A DNA stretch of 64,000 nt from a virus (lineage: Duplodnaviria; Heunggongvirae; Uroviricota; Caudoviricetes), in the IMG/VR virus record IMGVR_UViG_3300025887_000009; one strand, given 5' to 3'. Position numbers and translations under genes: made by a program. A model generated the notes under the pieces. It was not told the origin of the DNA and did not search any database. It was given only the letters and a program-made list of their open reading frames with translations. This document shows positions 26,550 to 35,961 of the stretch, in pieces (within the stretch, counting starts at the first letter, position 1; every line of letters begins with the position of its first letter).

Positions 26550-29222
26550 ATGAAAGATTTAAGCACAATAGGTGAAGAACTATTTAACAAGATTCGCGGA
26601 CGATTCCCGTCAGTTACCATCGGTGACGAAAACGGCAAAGTAACCAACGTTCCAGAAGAGGCAAGATTTTTTGATTTTGCATATTCAAAAATGGATCCAA
26701 ACAACAAAGTATCTGTTAGCATAGATGAAGACAGTGGCTTGGTTGTGATGTACAACAGTGATTTAATTGCACTCGAAGGCAGCAACAGAAAAAGCGACTG
26801 GTACGGATTCTTACGTGAGTTACGTCGATTTGCTCGCAAGCGGTTACTTAGTTTTGACACTAGAGATATTGAGCGCAACAATTTAAAGAAAAGAGATTAC
26901 AAGTATCTCGCTAAACCTCCAAAGGACGAATCAATGAACGAATCAAAGATGTACGGCACTGCAAGAATAAGCTACCAGGATGTAGGAAACGCAAGATTAA
27001 TGGTGCGTCATACTAAGCCGGTAAACACAGAATTACCAACAGGTAGAACGATGCATATTGAAGGCATTTACATTGAGAGTTCAGAAGGTGAAAGATTTAA
27101 ATATCCATTTAAGCACATGTCAGGTGCTCGTGCAATGGCTCGTCACGTATCCGAAGGCGGTAATGCGTATGATGAGTTTGGCGGGCACATTACGGGACTA
27201 TCAGAAGAACTAGCAAAACTACGCAAGTTTAAATCGTACATGGGTCGTTCAAGTGTTATGGCAGAAGGTTTGTCGGGATACATGGACGTTGTTAACGAAC
27301 GAGTAAGCGAAGTAAAATCACGCATTGATAAACTACAGCGCGAAAGCTATTACAAAGAAGCTTTTGAAGGTTTTGAAAAGCCTATGTTTGAAGATGTTCC
27401 AGAAGACGTAAAGCAAGACTGGATTGCACAACTTACAATTAAACAGTTTAACGAAGAATTGCAAGATGTATTTCCTTACATCTACAAGCTTATCGGAGAA
27501 GCCGGACCACGCGAGCTTACAGCTGATGAGATGGTGTCCGAAGATGATCCGTGCTGGAAAGATCACAAGCAAGTTGGAATGAAAGAAAAAAGCGGCAAAA
27601 AAGTGCCAAATTGTGTTCCGGAAGAAGAAGAACTAGAACGCGGAATTGAAGAAATGATGGGACAATTTGCAGAACATCAAATATCCGAAAAGAAAGATTA
27701 CAACTTTACAGCAGATGACATTCAAAAACTACAACGCATCAAAGATTTGAAGCAAGCACAAGAATTTGCATTTAAATTAGTTTCTGCAGATTCAGCTAAG
27801 CCTATGCAAAAGCAAAAAGTTAACTGGTTTAAGCAAAATATTGCTTCAAAGAAATCAGTAATGGATCTTGTAAAAATGATGTACGACCTTCTACTAAGTG
27901 GAGAAGGTAAAGGTGTAATTGGATCAGGTAGCAGCATGAGCAAAAACAGCTATCGCAGAACATTTGATTCTGTTGAAGAAGCCGGCGGCGTTGGTAACCT
28001 TTATCTTAAATTTAGAACACAAATGACTCCGGGTTCGAGCGCAGAAGGTTCTGTTCCTTACCTTGTAGGTTTTGCAGGTTTTGAACAAGATCCTAAAGAT
28101 CTAAAAATGAAAACAGCAACCCGAAAGTTTCTTAACTTAAACACTCAAAAAGATATTCAGAACGCTGTTAAGAAATTGATGAACGACAAGGTGTTTGTAA
28201 ACGCTGGGAAGATTATATTATATAGAGAAGACAGTGTAGTCGGGCAACACCCGCAACTGCGTGACTTCTTTAAGTGGATGAAATCATACAGCGGCGAAGC
28301 AGTCGGAGTAGAACGTGCGCCGGATAGAGACAAGATTGAAAAAGATCCTAATGGACCTCTTAAAAAGAGAGCAAAGAAAGGCTCGTTTGCATCAGGAGAC
28401 AGAGAAGTAACTGCACCTGATAAGAAGATGACTAGATACCTTACTATTGATAATGCTCGACTTCTTGACATGTTTAAAAAGCAATATCCAGACTTTATGA
28501 GAAAGTATTACAAGCCTGCTCAGAGGACGTTTGTTATGCCTGATAAGGTCTACAGACAATTTGCAAACACAGTAACGAAGCCGGCAATAGTACAAAGCTA
28601 TGGTCCAACTAAGATAACAGTTGATCAAGAGAAGAGTTTTGCAGAAGAGCCACAAATGAAAGCAGCAAAGCCGGATCAGATACCATTAGGTGAATTTATC
28701 CTTAGCTATTTTGATAAAGAAACTGGGCGATTCCCTAAGGGCGAAACAGCAGTGCTTACGTCAATTGAGAAAGACTATGGTGAAAGCTTTATTGATCCTG
28801 CAAAGAAGTTTATTGAACAGATCCACGGTAAGTTCGCAGAGCATACTAAGCGTCCAGAAATAAATGATGTAGAGCAACTAGGCGACAGTGAAATTGGCGA
28901 GAGAGCCGGCGAAAAAAGTGGTGAATTTGACAGCTATATAGACGATGACGACGGCACAGAAGTAACTGTACATTGGGAAGCAGACGAAGATATGTACGGA
29001 AATTCCGACATCACATTTTATGCAGTTGATGCAGCAGGAAACGAAGTAGATTATTCTCCAAGAGATGAAGCTCGTTGGAAAGAAGAACTCGGCGATCAAA
29101 TGAGCAGCTACGACGACGAACGCGGCGATCATATGTATCAACAGCAAAAAGACAACGGCTTTGAATCATCTGGGTACCGTGAAGAAATGGCTGGTATTGC
29201 AAAGTTAGCAGGTTTAAAGTAA
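26550..29222 (+). CDS. large hypothetical protein (890 aa), C-terminal ...IAKLAGLK
   Basis: Long uninterrupted ORF with an AATAAATACAATATG start. No polymerase or portal motifs seen. The C-terminus shares the LAGLK tail with the scaffold protein. Confidence 0.55.
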   Translation: MKDLSTIGEELFNKIRGRFPSVTIGDENGKVTNVPEEARFFDFAYSKMDPNNKVSVSIDEDSGLVVMYNSDLIALEGSNRKSDWYGFLRELRRFARKRLLSFDTRDIERNNLKKRDYKYLAKPPKDESMNESKMYGTARISYQDVGNARLMVRHTKPVNTELPTGRTMHIEGIYIESSEGERFKYPFKHMSGARAMARHVSEGGNAYDEFGGHITGLSEELAKLRKFKSYMGRSSVMAEGLSGYMDVVNERVSEVKSRIDKLQRESYYKEAFEGFEKPMFEDVPEDVKQDWIAQLTIKQFNEELQDVFPYIYKLIGEAGPRELTADEMVSEDDPCWKDHKQVGMKEKSGKKVPNCVPEEEELERGIEEMMGQFAEHQISEKKDYNFTADDIQKLQRIKDLKQAQEFAFKLVSADSAKPMQKQKVNWFKQNIASKKSVMDLVKMMYDLLLSGEGKGVIGSGSSMSKNSYRRTFDSVEEAGGVGNLYLKFRTQMTPGSSAEGSVPYLVGFAGFEQDPKDLKMKTATRKFLNLNTQKDIQNAVKKLMNDKVFVNAGKIILYREDSVVGQHPQLRDFFKWMKSYSGEAVGVERAPDRDKIEKDPNGPLKKRAKKGSFASGDREVTAPDKKMTRYLTIDNARLLDMFKKQYPDFMRKYYKPAQRTFVMPDKVYRQFANTVTKPAIVQSYGPTKITVDQEKSFAEEPQMKAAKPDQIPLGEFILSYFDKETGRFPKGETAVLTSIEKDYGESFIDPAKKFIEQIHGKFAEHTKRPEINDVEQLGDSEIGERAGEKSGEFDSYIDDDDGTEVTVHWEADEDMYGNSDITFYAVDAAGNEVDYSPRDEARWKEELGDQMSSYDDERGDHMYQQQKDNGFESSGYREEMAGIAKLAGLK

Positions 29223-29230
29223 CCTGCTAA
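29205..29230 (+). other. 10-bp perfect inverted repeat overlapping the stop of the 890-aa gene
   Basis: TTAGCAGGTT-taaagt-AACCTGCTAA. No adjacent T-tract. Confidence 0.4.
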
Positions 29231-29266
29231 CCCCTTGAAAACATTCGCTTTTTGCGTATTTTTCTC

Positions 29267-29295
29267 TTGACTTGCTAAATAAGTGTGTAATAATA
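29267..29295 (+). promoter_or_regulatory. sigma70-like promoter upstream of gene 32 (TTGACT ... TAATAAT)
   Basis: TTGACT at 29267-29272, then a 16-17-nt spacer, then TAATAA. Confidence 0.35.
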
Positions 29296-29353
29296 CAAGT
29301 ATAGTGTTGTTACACATTAGGCACTTATAGGCATTACAGGAGAAAATCACATT

Positions 29354-30349
29354 ATGGCCACACTAGCAGAAATTCGCGCGAAACTTAAAGAGCAAGAAAC
29401 CAGAGGCGGTTCTAACTCAGGACCGTCAGACAACGCAATATTCCCTTTTTGGAATATGCAAGAAGGACAATCATCTACAGTTAGATTCCTTCCAGACGCA
29501 AACCCTAAAAATGACTTTTTCTGGCAAGAACGATTAATGATCAAACTACCCTTTGCAGGTATTAAAGGTCAAACTGATTCACGACCAACAGTTGTACAAG
29601 TACCATGCATGGAAATGTATGGCGAAGCTTGTCCAGTTCTTACCGAAGTACGTCCATGGTTTAAAGATCCAGCTATGGAATCTATGGGTCGTACATATTG
29701 GAAAAAGCGTTCGTACATCTTCCAGAATCTGGTTGTTGAATCAGATATGAACGAAGAGAACAAGCCAGAGAATCCGATTCGTAGAAGTATTATTGGACCA
29801 CAAATCTTTGGATTGATCAAGGACGCACTTCTTGATCCAGATCTTGAAGACTTGCCAACTGACTATGCAAACGGTCTTGACTTTGTTATTAAGAAGACTA
29901 GCAAAGGTAATTTTGCTGATTATTCAACATCAAAGTGGGCACGTCGCGAGCGTCCGTTGTCACAATCTGATATCGACGCAATTGAAGAGCATGGTTTGCT
30001 TGATCTGTCTGACTTTATTCCAAAGCAGCCAGATGCAGTAGCAGTGCAAGTTATTAAAGAAATGTTTGAAGCAAGCGTTGATGGCGAACCATACGATCCA
30101 GATCGTTGGAGCCAGTACTTCCGTCCAGCAGGCATGAGTCAAGCAACAGGCGATCCAAACAAGACACCTGCACCTGCACCTAAGCCAGCCCCGGCAGCTA
30201 GCGAAGACATTCCTTTTAAAAGCAATGAAGAAGCAGCGGCAGAGGCATCAGTATCTCCGCCAGCAGAAACAGCACCTGCACCAGATGCAAGTGCAAGCGG
30301 TGATGCAAGCGATATCCTAGCAGCGATTCGCAGACGTCAAGGCGCGTAA
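29354..30349 (+). CDS. 32: ssDNA-binding protein (T4 gp32 family)
   Basis: 'VRFLPDANPKNDFFWQERLMIKLP' aligns to gp32 '[21 protein letters not shown]'. Has the Cys/His zinc site region and an acidic PAPAP C-tail. A terminator follows. Confidence 0.9.
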   Translation: MATLAEIRAKLKEQETRGGSNSGPSDNAIFPFWNMQEGQSSTVRFLPDANPKNDFFWQERLMIKLPFAGIKGQTDSRPTVVQVPCMEMYGEACPVLTEVRPWFKDPAMESMGRTYWKKRSYIFQNLVVESDMNEENKPENPIRRSIIGPQIFGLIKDALLDPDLEDLPTDYANGLDFVIKKTSKGNFADYSTSKWARRERPLSQSDIDAIEEHGLLDLSDFIPKQPDAVAVQVIKEMFEASVDGEPYDPDRWSQYFRPAGMSQATGDPNKTPAPAPKPAPAASEDIPFKSNEEAAAEASVSPPAETAPAPDASASGDASDILAAIRRRQGA

Positions 30350-30355
30350 CTAAAA

Positions 30356-30390
30356 AGAGACAGGGTTTCGGCTCTGTCTCTTTCTTATCT
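30356..30390 (+). terminator. rho-independent terminator after gene 32
   Basis: AGAGACAG...CTGTCTCT hairpin followed by TTTCTTATCT. Confidence 0.6.
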
Positions 30391-30410
30391 AAAACCATAT
30401 AGGAGACATA

Positions 30411-31505
30411 ATGGCGAATAAATCATTTGACCCATCTGCATTTCGCAAAGGGTTAACTAAATCCATCACGGGCATGAGCAGCGGCTTTAACGATCCAACA
30501 GACTGGATCTCAACAGGCAACTATGCCTTAAATTATCTTGTTAGCGGAGACTTTAATAAAGGTGTTCCGCTAGGAAAAGTAAGCGTATTTGCTGGAGAAT
30601 CAGGTGCAGGTAAATCATATATTGCATCAGGAAATATTGTAAAAGCAGCGCAAGATCAAGGCATTTACGTTATCTTAATTGATACAGAAAATGCACTTGA
30701 CGAATCTTGGCTAACTGCACTGGGCGTAGACACTAGCGAAGAAAAGATCCTAAAGCTAAACATGGCAATGATCGACGACGTAGCTAAAACTATGTCAACA
30801 TTTATGAAAGACTACAGAGACAGTCCAGAAGAAGATCGACCGAAAGTTTTGTTTGTAGTTGACTCGCTAGGCATGTTAATGACACCGACCGAGGTTAATC
30901 AGTTTGACGCAGGTGACATGAAAGGCGACATGGGTCGTAAAGCAAAAGCACTCAAAGCACTTGTAACAAACTGTGTGAATATGTTTGGTTCATTTAACGT
31001 AGGCATGGTTGCAACCAATCACACTTATGCATCACAAGATATGTTTGACCCAGACGACAAGATCTCAGGCGGCGCAGGCTTTATCTATGCATCAAGTATT
31101 GTTGTTGCTATGAAAAAGCTTAAACTAAAAGTAGATGCAAACGGCGTAAAAACTTCTCAAGTACACGGTATTAGAGCAGCATGTAAGGTTGTTAAAACAC
31201 GTTATGCAAAACCGTTTGAAGGTGTACAAGTTGAGATTCCTTGGGAAACAGGCATGAATCCTTATAGTGGTCTAGTTGAGTTGTTCGAAAAGAAAGAACA
31301 GCTTGTTAAACAAGGCAACCGTTTGAAATATGTTGATTCGTCAGGCGAAGAGCATCTTGCTTATCGTAAAGACTGGAATGGCGAAATGCTTGACATGGTT
31401 ATGTCAGACTACCTTCTTAAAGAAGAACTTTCGGTAAATACCGAGATTGAAGAAGCTGAAGAAATCGATACAGAAATTGATGTCGACATCGAAGCTGAAT
31501 CCTAA
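30411..31505 (+). CDS. uvsX: UvsX recombinase (RecA family)
   Basis: Walker A 'GESGAGKS' and a RecA-like core. Acidic C-terminal tail. Confidence 0.9.
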   Translation: MANKSFDPSAFRKGLTKSITGMSSGFNDPTDWISTGNYALNYLVSGDFNKGVPLGKVSVFAGESGAGKSYIASGNIVKAAQDQGIYVILIDTENALDESWLTALGVDTSEEKILKLNMAMIDDVAKTMSTFMKDYRDSPEEDRPKVLFVVDSLGMLMTPTEVNQFDAGDMKGDMGRKAKALKALVTNCVNMFGSFNVGMVATNHTYASQDMFDPDDKISGGAGFIYASSIVVAMKKLKLKVDANGVKTSQVHGIRAACKVVKTRYAKPFEGVQVEIPWETGMNPYSGLVELFEKKEQLVKQGNRLKYVDSSGEEHLAYRKDWNGEMLDMVMSDYLLKEELSVNTEIEEAEEIDTEIDVDIEAES

Positions 31506-31519
31506 GGAGACTGCCATTT

Positions 31520-31744
31520 ATGGATGAAGATATACTAGTTGATTTGTGGACACTATTTCGACCAAATCTTGATAAAAAACAGATTGAAATTACAGCTGAA
31601 AAGTTTGTTGATCTGTGCGCAGACTACGGAGTTAGTGAAGAAACATTAACTCTTAGTTTAGGTGCAGACGCAGCATTAGATGACGCTATTAAGTACTATC
31701 TCGATCTTGATGAAAAAGACGACGAGGATGAAGAGGATTACTAA
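31520..31744 (+). CDS. small acidic protein (74 aa)
   Basis: ORF with RBS AAGGAGA. Confidence 0.4.
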   Translation: MDEDILVDLWTLFRPNLDKKQIEITAEKFVDLCADYGVSEETLTLSLGADAALDDAIKYYLDLDEKDDEDEEDY

Positions 31745-32200
31745 ATGGGATGGTACAATAAAGTATCAAGTGACATTAACGAGATTCCAAATGCGATTGC
31801 ATATTATGAATCTGAATTAGTAGACGCCCAAAAGGAAGTTCGCCTCAAAGGAAATGTAGAAAAAGCAGCCGCTGAATTACCAGGATTGGTAGAACAGCGG
31901 TTTGCTCAACTACAAGAAATCGAAGCAATACTAAATCATCTTAACATTAAACTACGTAAAGTACGATCTGTACTTTTTAAAAAGTATCTTGAAAATTATC
32001 AAAGAGCACTGTCTAGTAGAGACGTTGAAAAATACGTTGACGGAGAACAGGCAGTAATCGACTATGAAGATCTAATTAACGAATTTGCACTTGTGCGTAA
32101 TCGCTGGTTAGCAGTTCTAAAAGGACTGGATCAAAAACAGTGGCAGATTACAAACATTGTTAAACTACGAGTAGCAGGAATGGAAGATGCCTCAGTATGA
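31745..32200 (+). CDS. hypothetical protein, possibly UvsY-like recombination mediator
   Basis: Sits next to uvsX. 151-aa helical protein with faint pattern similarity to the T4 UvsY C-terminal region. Speculative. Confidence 0.3.
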   Translation: MGWYNKVSSDINEIPNAIAYYESELVDAQKEVRLKGNVEKAAAELPGLVEQRFAQLQEIEAILNHLNIKLRKVRSVLFKKYLENYQRALSSRDVEKYVDGEQAVIDYEDLINEFALVRNRWLAVLKGLDQKQWQITNIVKLRVAGMEDASV

Positions 32201-32853
32201 GCAATAATATTAAACACGGATGGCATGTGCTTGAGGGAGATAATACCCTCGAGCGTGCTATGAAAAAAGAAAGAATAACAGAAGTTTCTGAATATCAAAA
32301 ACAACAGTTAGACATTTCTTATAAATTTTGTAAACAGTTTCGACATGCAATTGATGTAGGAGCAAATTACGGAATAATGTCGTACAACATGGCTAGGAAG
32401 TTTCAAAAAGTTTCTGCATTTGAAATTGTACCAGAAGTACTAGAATGTTTTAAACTTAATGCTGCTAAGTTTAACCTATCAAATGTTGATATTTACAACT
32501 GCGGGTTAGGCAATAAAGAAGAAACAGTATCCTTGCATTTTAATCCAGGCAAAACTTTTTCCACTCATGTAGACACAAGCAAACCCGGAAACGTAAAAGT
32601 TAATAAATTAGATTATTACAATTTTACAGATGTAGATTTCATCAAAATCGATGCAGAAGGATTTGAATCATTTATAATCGAAGGCGGAATGGAAACAATT
32701 CAGAAATACAAACCGGTTATTTTGTATGAAAGAAAAGGACATTCGCAACGATATAACAAACCTAACAGTATTGTCTTGGACATATTAGCCCCGTTAGGGT
32801 ATAAAGAATTAGCACCGATAGATAGAAAAAATGCGTTAATAGGTGTAGCATGA
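32197..32853 (+). CDS. FkbM-family methyltransferase 1
   Basis: 'IDVGANYGIMS' SAM motif and 'FIKIDAEGFE' match the FkbM domain signature. Confidence 0.7.
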   Translation: MSNNIKHGWHVLEGDNTLERAMKKERITEVSEYQKQQLDISYKFCKQFRHAIDVGANYGIMSYNMARKFQKVSAFEIVPEVLECFKLNAAKFNLSNVDIYNCGLGNKEETVSLHFNPGKTFSTHVDTSKPGNVKVNKLDYYNFTDVDFIKIDAEGFESFIIEGGMETIQKYKPVILYERKGHSQRYNKPNSIVLDILAPLGYKELAPIDRKNALIGVA

Positions 32854-33476
32854 AACAGGTTTACAAATATTGGATGCCCGACAGCGATGACCATTTTGAA
32901 AGATTAATTACCAAGCGAATTAAAAATGGCGGACCTGCAGAATATCAGGATGACGTCAGAGACGAAGCATACAAGTACGTAACTGATTTTAATTTAGCAG
33001 TAGATGTTGGCGCAAATGTCGGATTATGGGCAAGACCGTTAAGTGAAAAATTTGGAAAAGTCTTAGCATATGAACCTATTCAAGAGGTTTATAAATGTTT
33101 GAAATTAAATGTACGAGACTGCAATGTACAACTAAACAACTTTGCTTTAGGCAATGCAAACAGCACAATTGAAATGATTTTTGATCGAGAAAATACCGGT
33201 GCAAGTTACGTTGACGAAAGTTCAATAGGCAAAGGCAGTATTGATATAAAGCGTATGGATGATTTAAATTTACCAAGGTTTGGATTACTTAAAATTGATT
33301 GTGAAAGATTTGAATTAGAAGTACTCAATGGCGGTATTGAAACTATTTTAAAATATAAACCTATTGTAGTAGTTGAGCAACACCCTGATACTGAATATTG
33401 TGCAGGAAAGTTTTTAAAAGAATACGGTGCAAAAGAAATCACCAATGTCAGGAAAGACTATATTTTCGGCTGGTAA
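32850..33476 (+). CDS. FkbM-family methyltransferase 2
   Basis: 'VDVGANVGLWA' and 'LLKIDCERFE'. 4-nt ATGA overlap with the upstream methyltransferase. Confidence 0.7.
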   Translation: MKQVYKYWMPDSDDHFERLITKRIKNGGPAEYQDDVRDEAYKYVTDFNLAVDVGANVGLWARPLSEKFGKVLAYEPIQEVYKCLKLNVRDCNVQLNNFALGNANSTIEMIFDRENTGASYVDESSIGKGSIDIKRMDDLNLPRFGLLKIDCERFELEVLNGGIETILKYKPIVVVEQHPDTEYCAGKFLKEYGAKEITNVRKDYIFGW

Positions 33477-33513
33477 TGGTTAAATAGCAGCATATAATTT
33501 AATAGGAATAACA

Positions 33514-34221
33514 ATGAAAAATAGAGTTTATATAGGCTACGATCCAAGAGAAGATATTGCGTATCAAGTATGCAAATACAGCATAGAATCTCGCAATCCG
33601 GATATCGAAGTTATACCTCTTAAGCAACAAGAATTACGCAATTACGAATTATACTGGAGAGAAATAGATAAGTTAGCAGCAACTGAATTTACTTTTACTA
33701 GATTTCTTATACCTGAATTAAATAAATTCGAAGGCTGGGCGTTATTTTGTGATTGCGACATTTTGTTTTTAACAGACGTACAAGAACTTTTTGATCAAGC
33801 AGATGACCAATATGCTGTGATGTGTGCGCAGCACGATTATAAGCCAACAGACACAATTAAGATGGATGGACAAGTTCAATCAATTTATCCACGTAAGAAT
33901 TGGAGCTCGGTTATGCTTATTAATTGCGGACACGCATCAAATAAGCAACTAACAAAAGAGCTTGTTAATCATCCAGATACTACTGGTGCATTCTTGCATA
34001 GATTTAGTTGGTTAGATGACAGCGAAGTTGGAGAGTTTAGTCACGAATGGAATTGGTTAGTTGATTGGTATGAAGAACCATCTAACGGTAAACCAAAGGC
34101 ATTACATTATACGTCAGGCGGACCTTGGTTTGAGAACTATAGATTTTGCCATTATCATAAAGAATGGAAATACGAACTTAGAAAAATGATGAACGACAAT
34201 CCAGAAGAAGCCAATGACTGA
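33514..34221 (+). CDS. glycosyltransferase family 8-like (retaining, DxD)
   Basis: 'TRFLIPEL...WALFCDCDILFL' (DxD), 'VMLINCG', and the GT8 C-terminal motif 'HYTSGGPWFE' (HxxGxxKPW-like). Confidence 0.6.
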   Translation: MKNRVYIGYDPREDIAYQVCKYSIESRNPDIEVIPLKQQELRNYELYWREIDKLAATEFTFTRFLIPELNKFEGWALFCDCDILFLTDVQELFDQADDQYAVMCAQHDYKPTDTIKMDGQVQSIYPRKNWSSVMLINCGHASNKQLTKELVNHPDTTGAFLHRFSWLDDSEVGEFSHEWNWLVDWYEEPSNGKPKALHYTSGGPWFENYRFCHYHKEWKYELRKMMNDNPEEAND

Positions 34222-35023
34222 AGTAAGAATGCTAGGCACAGATTCTACAGATGTAATCTTAGGAGCATGGATTGAAGGCACCGGTGGCATATCAATTAAT
34301 GCTAAATCTAGAGATGATTATCCTAAGCATATTCCTCTTGCATTCCGGTCGCTAACTAAGCGTAAATTAATTTATGCACTTTGGGACGAGGGCAGAGACT
34401 TCTATTATATAGATACTGGATACATCGGCAATCTAGGAAAAAGAAAAGATTTTCATCGTGTTGTTAAAAATAACGTACAACATTTAACCGGTGTTAAAAA
34501 GATGCCAAGAGACAGATTCGAAACTATATGCAGAATGCAACCTTATATGGAATATAAAGGAAAAAGACAAGACACAGGTGAAGCAATTCTTGTCGTTACT
34601 CCATCAGGTAAACCCTGCCAATTTTATAATGTTAACAGGGACAAATGGTTAGAAGAAACAATAAGTGAGATTAAAAAACATACAAATCGTCCTATTGTTA
34701 TACGTGATAAACCCGATCGTCGTAATCGTGTCGGCGACAACTCATTAGCCGCACAGTTACAAACCGATAACATACATGCGCTAGTGACGTACAATTCAAT
34801 TGCTGCTGTTGAAGCAATACATGCAGGAGTGCCAGCGTTTACCCTTGCTCCAAATGCTGCGCAATCACTAGCATCGCAAGATTTATCTACAATCGAAGAT
34901 CCGTATTATCCAGCAGAAGAAGCAGTAGAAGAATTTCTTTGTTATTTGGCGTATTGTCAGTACACCCCAGAAGAACTAGCCGACGGAACAGCATGGAAAC
35001 TACAACAGGAATATCAGCTATGA
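34214..35023 (+). CDS. GT-B-like paralog A (putative glycosyltransferase)
   Basis: C-terminal region 'IVIRDKPDRRN...LVTYNSIAAVEAIHAGVPAFTL...LAYCQYTPEELADG' is paralogous to the ORFs at 35020 and 36787. Confidence 0.5.
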   Translation: MTEVRMLGTDSTDVILGAWIEGTGGISINAKSRDDYPKHIPLAFRSLTKRKLIYALWDEGRDFYYIDTGYIGNLGKRKDFHRVVKNNVQHLTGVKKMPRDRFETICRMQPYMEYKGKRQDTGEAILVVTPSGKPCQFYNVNRDKWLEETISEIKKHTNRPIVIRDKPDRRNRVGDNSLAAQLQTDNIHALVTYNSIAAVEAIHAGVPAFTLAPNAAQSLASQDLSTIEDPYYPAEEAVEEFLCYLAYCQYTPEELADGTAWKLQQEYQL

Positions 35024-35961
35024 TTTCGGTTGCTGCATATCTATCAGGAATACCACCTAACAACAGAAACCTTGAAAAACCGCTTTTGATTAAGAACTTC
35101 ATAGAGGGCGTAAACAATTCAGGAGATCAAGGTACTGTTGTCGACACAAGAACAGTACTTCCTGCAGACGTAGCATTAATACAAGGCTTTGTGCACGCCA
35201 ACAGCAAAAATACTCCCCATTTGATGTTGCGCAAAAAAGTTTTCGAAACACAGTTAGAAGAGAACAAGCGTTGTATTATAGCAGACAGCAATTTGTTTCT
35301 TTATGCAGATCCGGGTAATTCAAAAAAATATCTACGTTATTCGTACGATGGAGTATTTCCAAATACTGGAGAATATTGTAATGCAAGTCCTGATCCGGAA
35401 CGCTGGGAAAAGATAAAAACAGCCTTAGGGATTGCATTAAAGCCTTGGGATTTTAATGGCAAATATTTTCTAATTTGTTGTCAGCGTGACGGCGGTTGGA
35501 GTATGGGCGGCAATAGCATTGTTCCGTGGTTAATTAATACTATAACCGAAATGCGAAGATATTCAACTACTCCTATTAAAATACGATTCCATCCCGGTGA
35601 CAAAAAGAAAAAAGATCATATAGCAAGAATAAAAAGATTACGTATACCAGATACTGAAATATCGGTTGAACCCGATATCCGCAACGACTTTAAGAAAGCA
35701 AAGGCAGTAATCACGTATAACTCATCTCCCGGGGTTGCAGCAGCAATAGAAGGTAAACCTGTGGTTGTATTAGATCCGCAACGAAGCCAAGCTGCTTCTG
35801 TTTCTCATCACCATCTTAGAGATCTAAAAAACTTAAAAGAATTTGATAGAGAATTTTGGATACAGCAAATTGCACAAATGCATTGGAATTTAGACGAACT
35901 AAAATCAGGCGAAGCGTGGACCCATATGAAGAAATGGGCAAAATTGGAAACAAAAACATGA
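35020..35961 (+). CDS. GT-B-like paralog B (putative glycosyltransferase)
   Basis: ATGA overlap. 'IKIRFHPGD...VITYNSSPGVAAAIEGKPVVVL' shares the paralogous core and carries an HP motif. Confidence 0.5.
   Translation: MISVAAYLSGIPPNNRNLEKPLLIKNFIEGVNNSGDQGTVVDTRTVLPADVALIQGFVHANSKNTPHLMLRKKVFETQLEENKRCIIADSNLFLYADPGNSKKYLRYSYDGVFPNTGEYCNASPDPERWEKIKTALGIALKPWDFNGKYFLICCQRDGGWSMGGNSIVPWLINTITEMRRYSTTPIKIRFHPGDKKKKDHIARIKRLRIPDTEISVEPDIRNDFKKAKAVITYNSSPGVAAAIEGKPVVVLDPQRSQAASVSHHHLRDLKNLKEFDREFWIQQIAQMHWNLDELKSGEAWTHMKKWAKLETKT

Noticed and set aside
29222-29354. 890-aa protein as portal or DNA polymerase
   Set aside because: The portal C-terminus is clearly at the window start (gp20-like). 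The ORF has no exonuclease or polymerase motifs (no DxE, YGDTDS, KxxxNSxYG).
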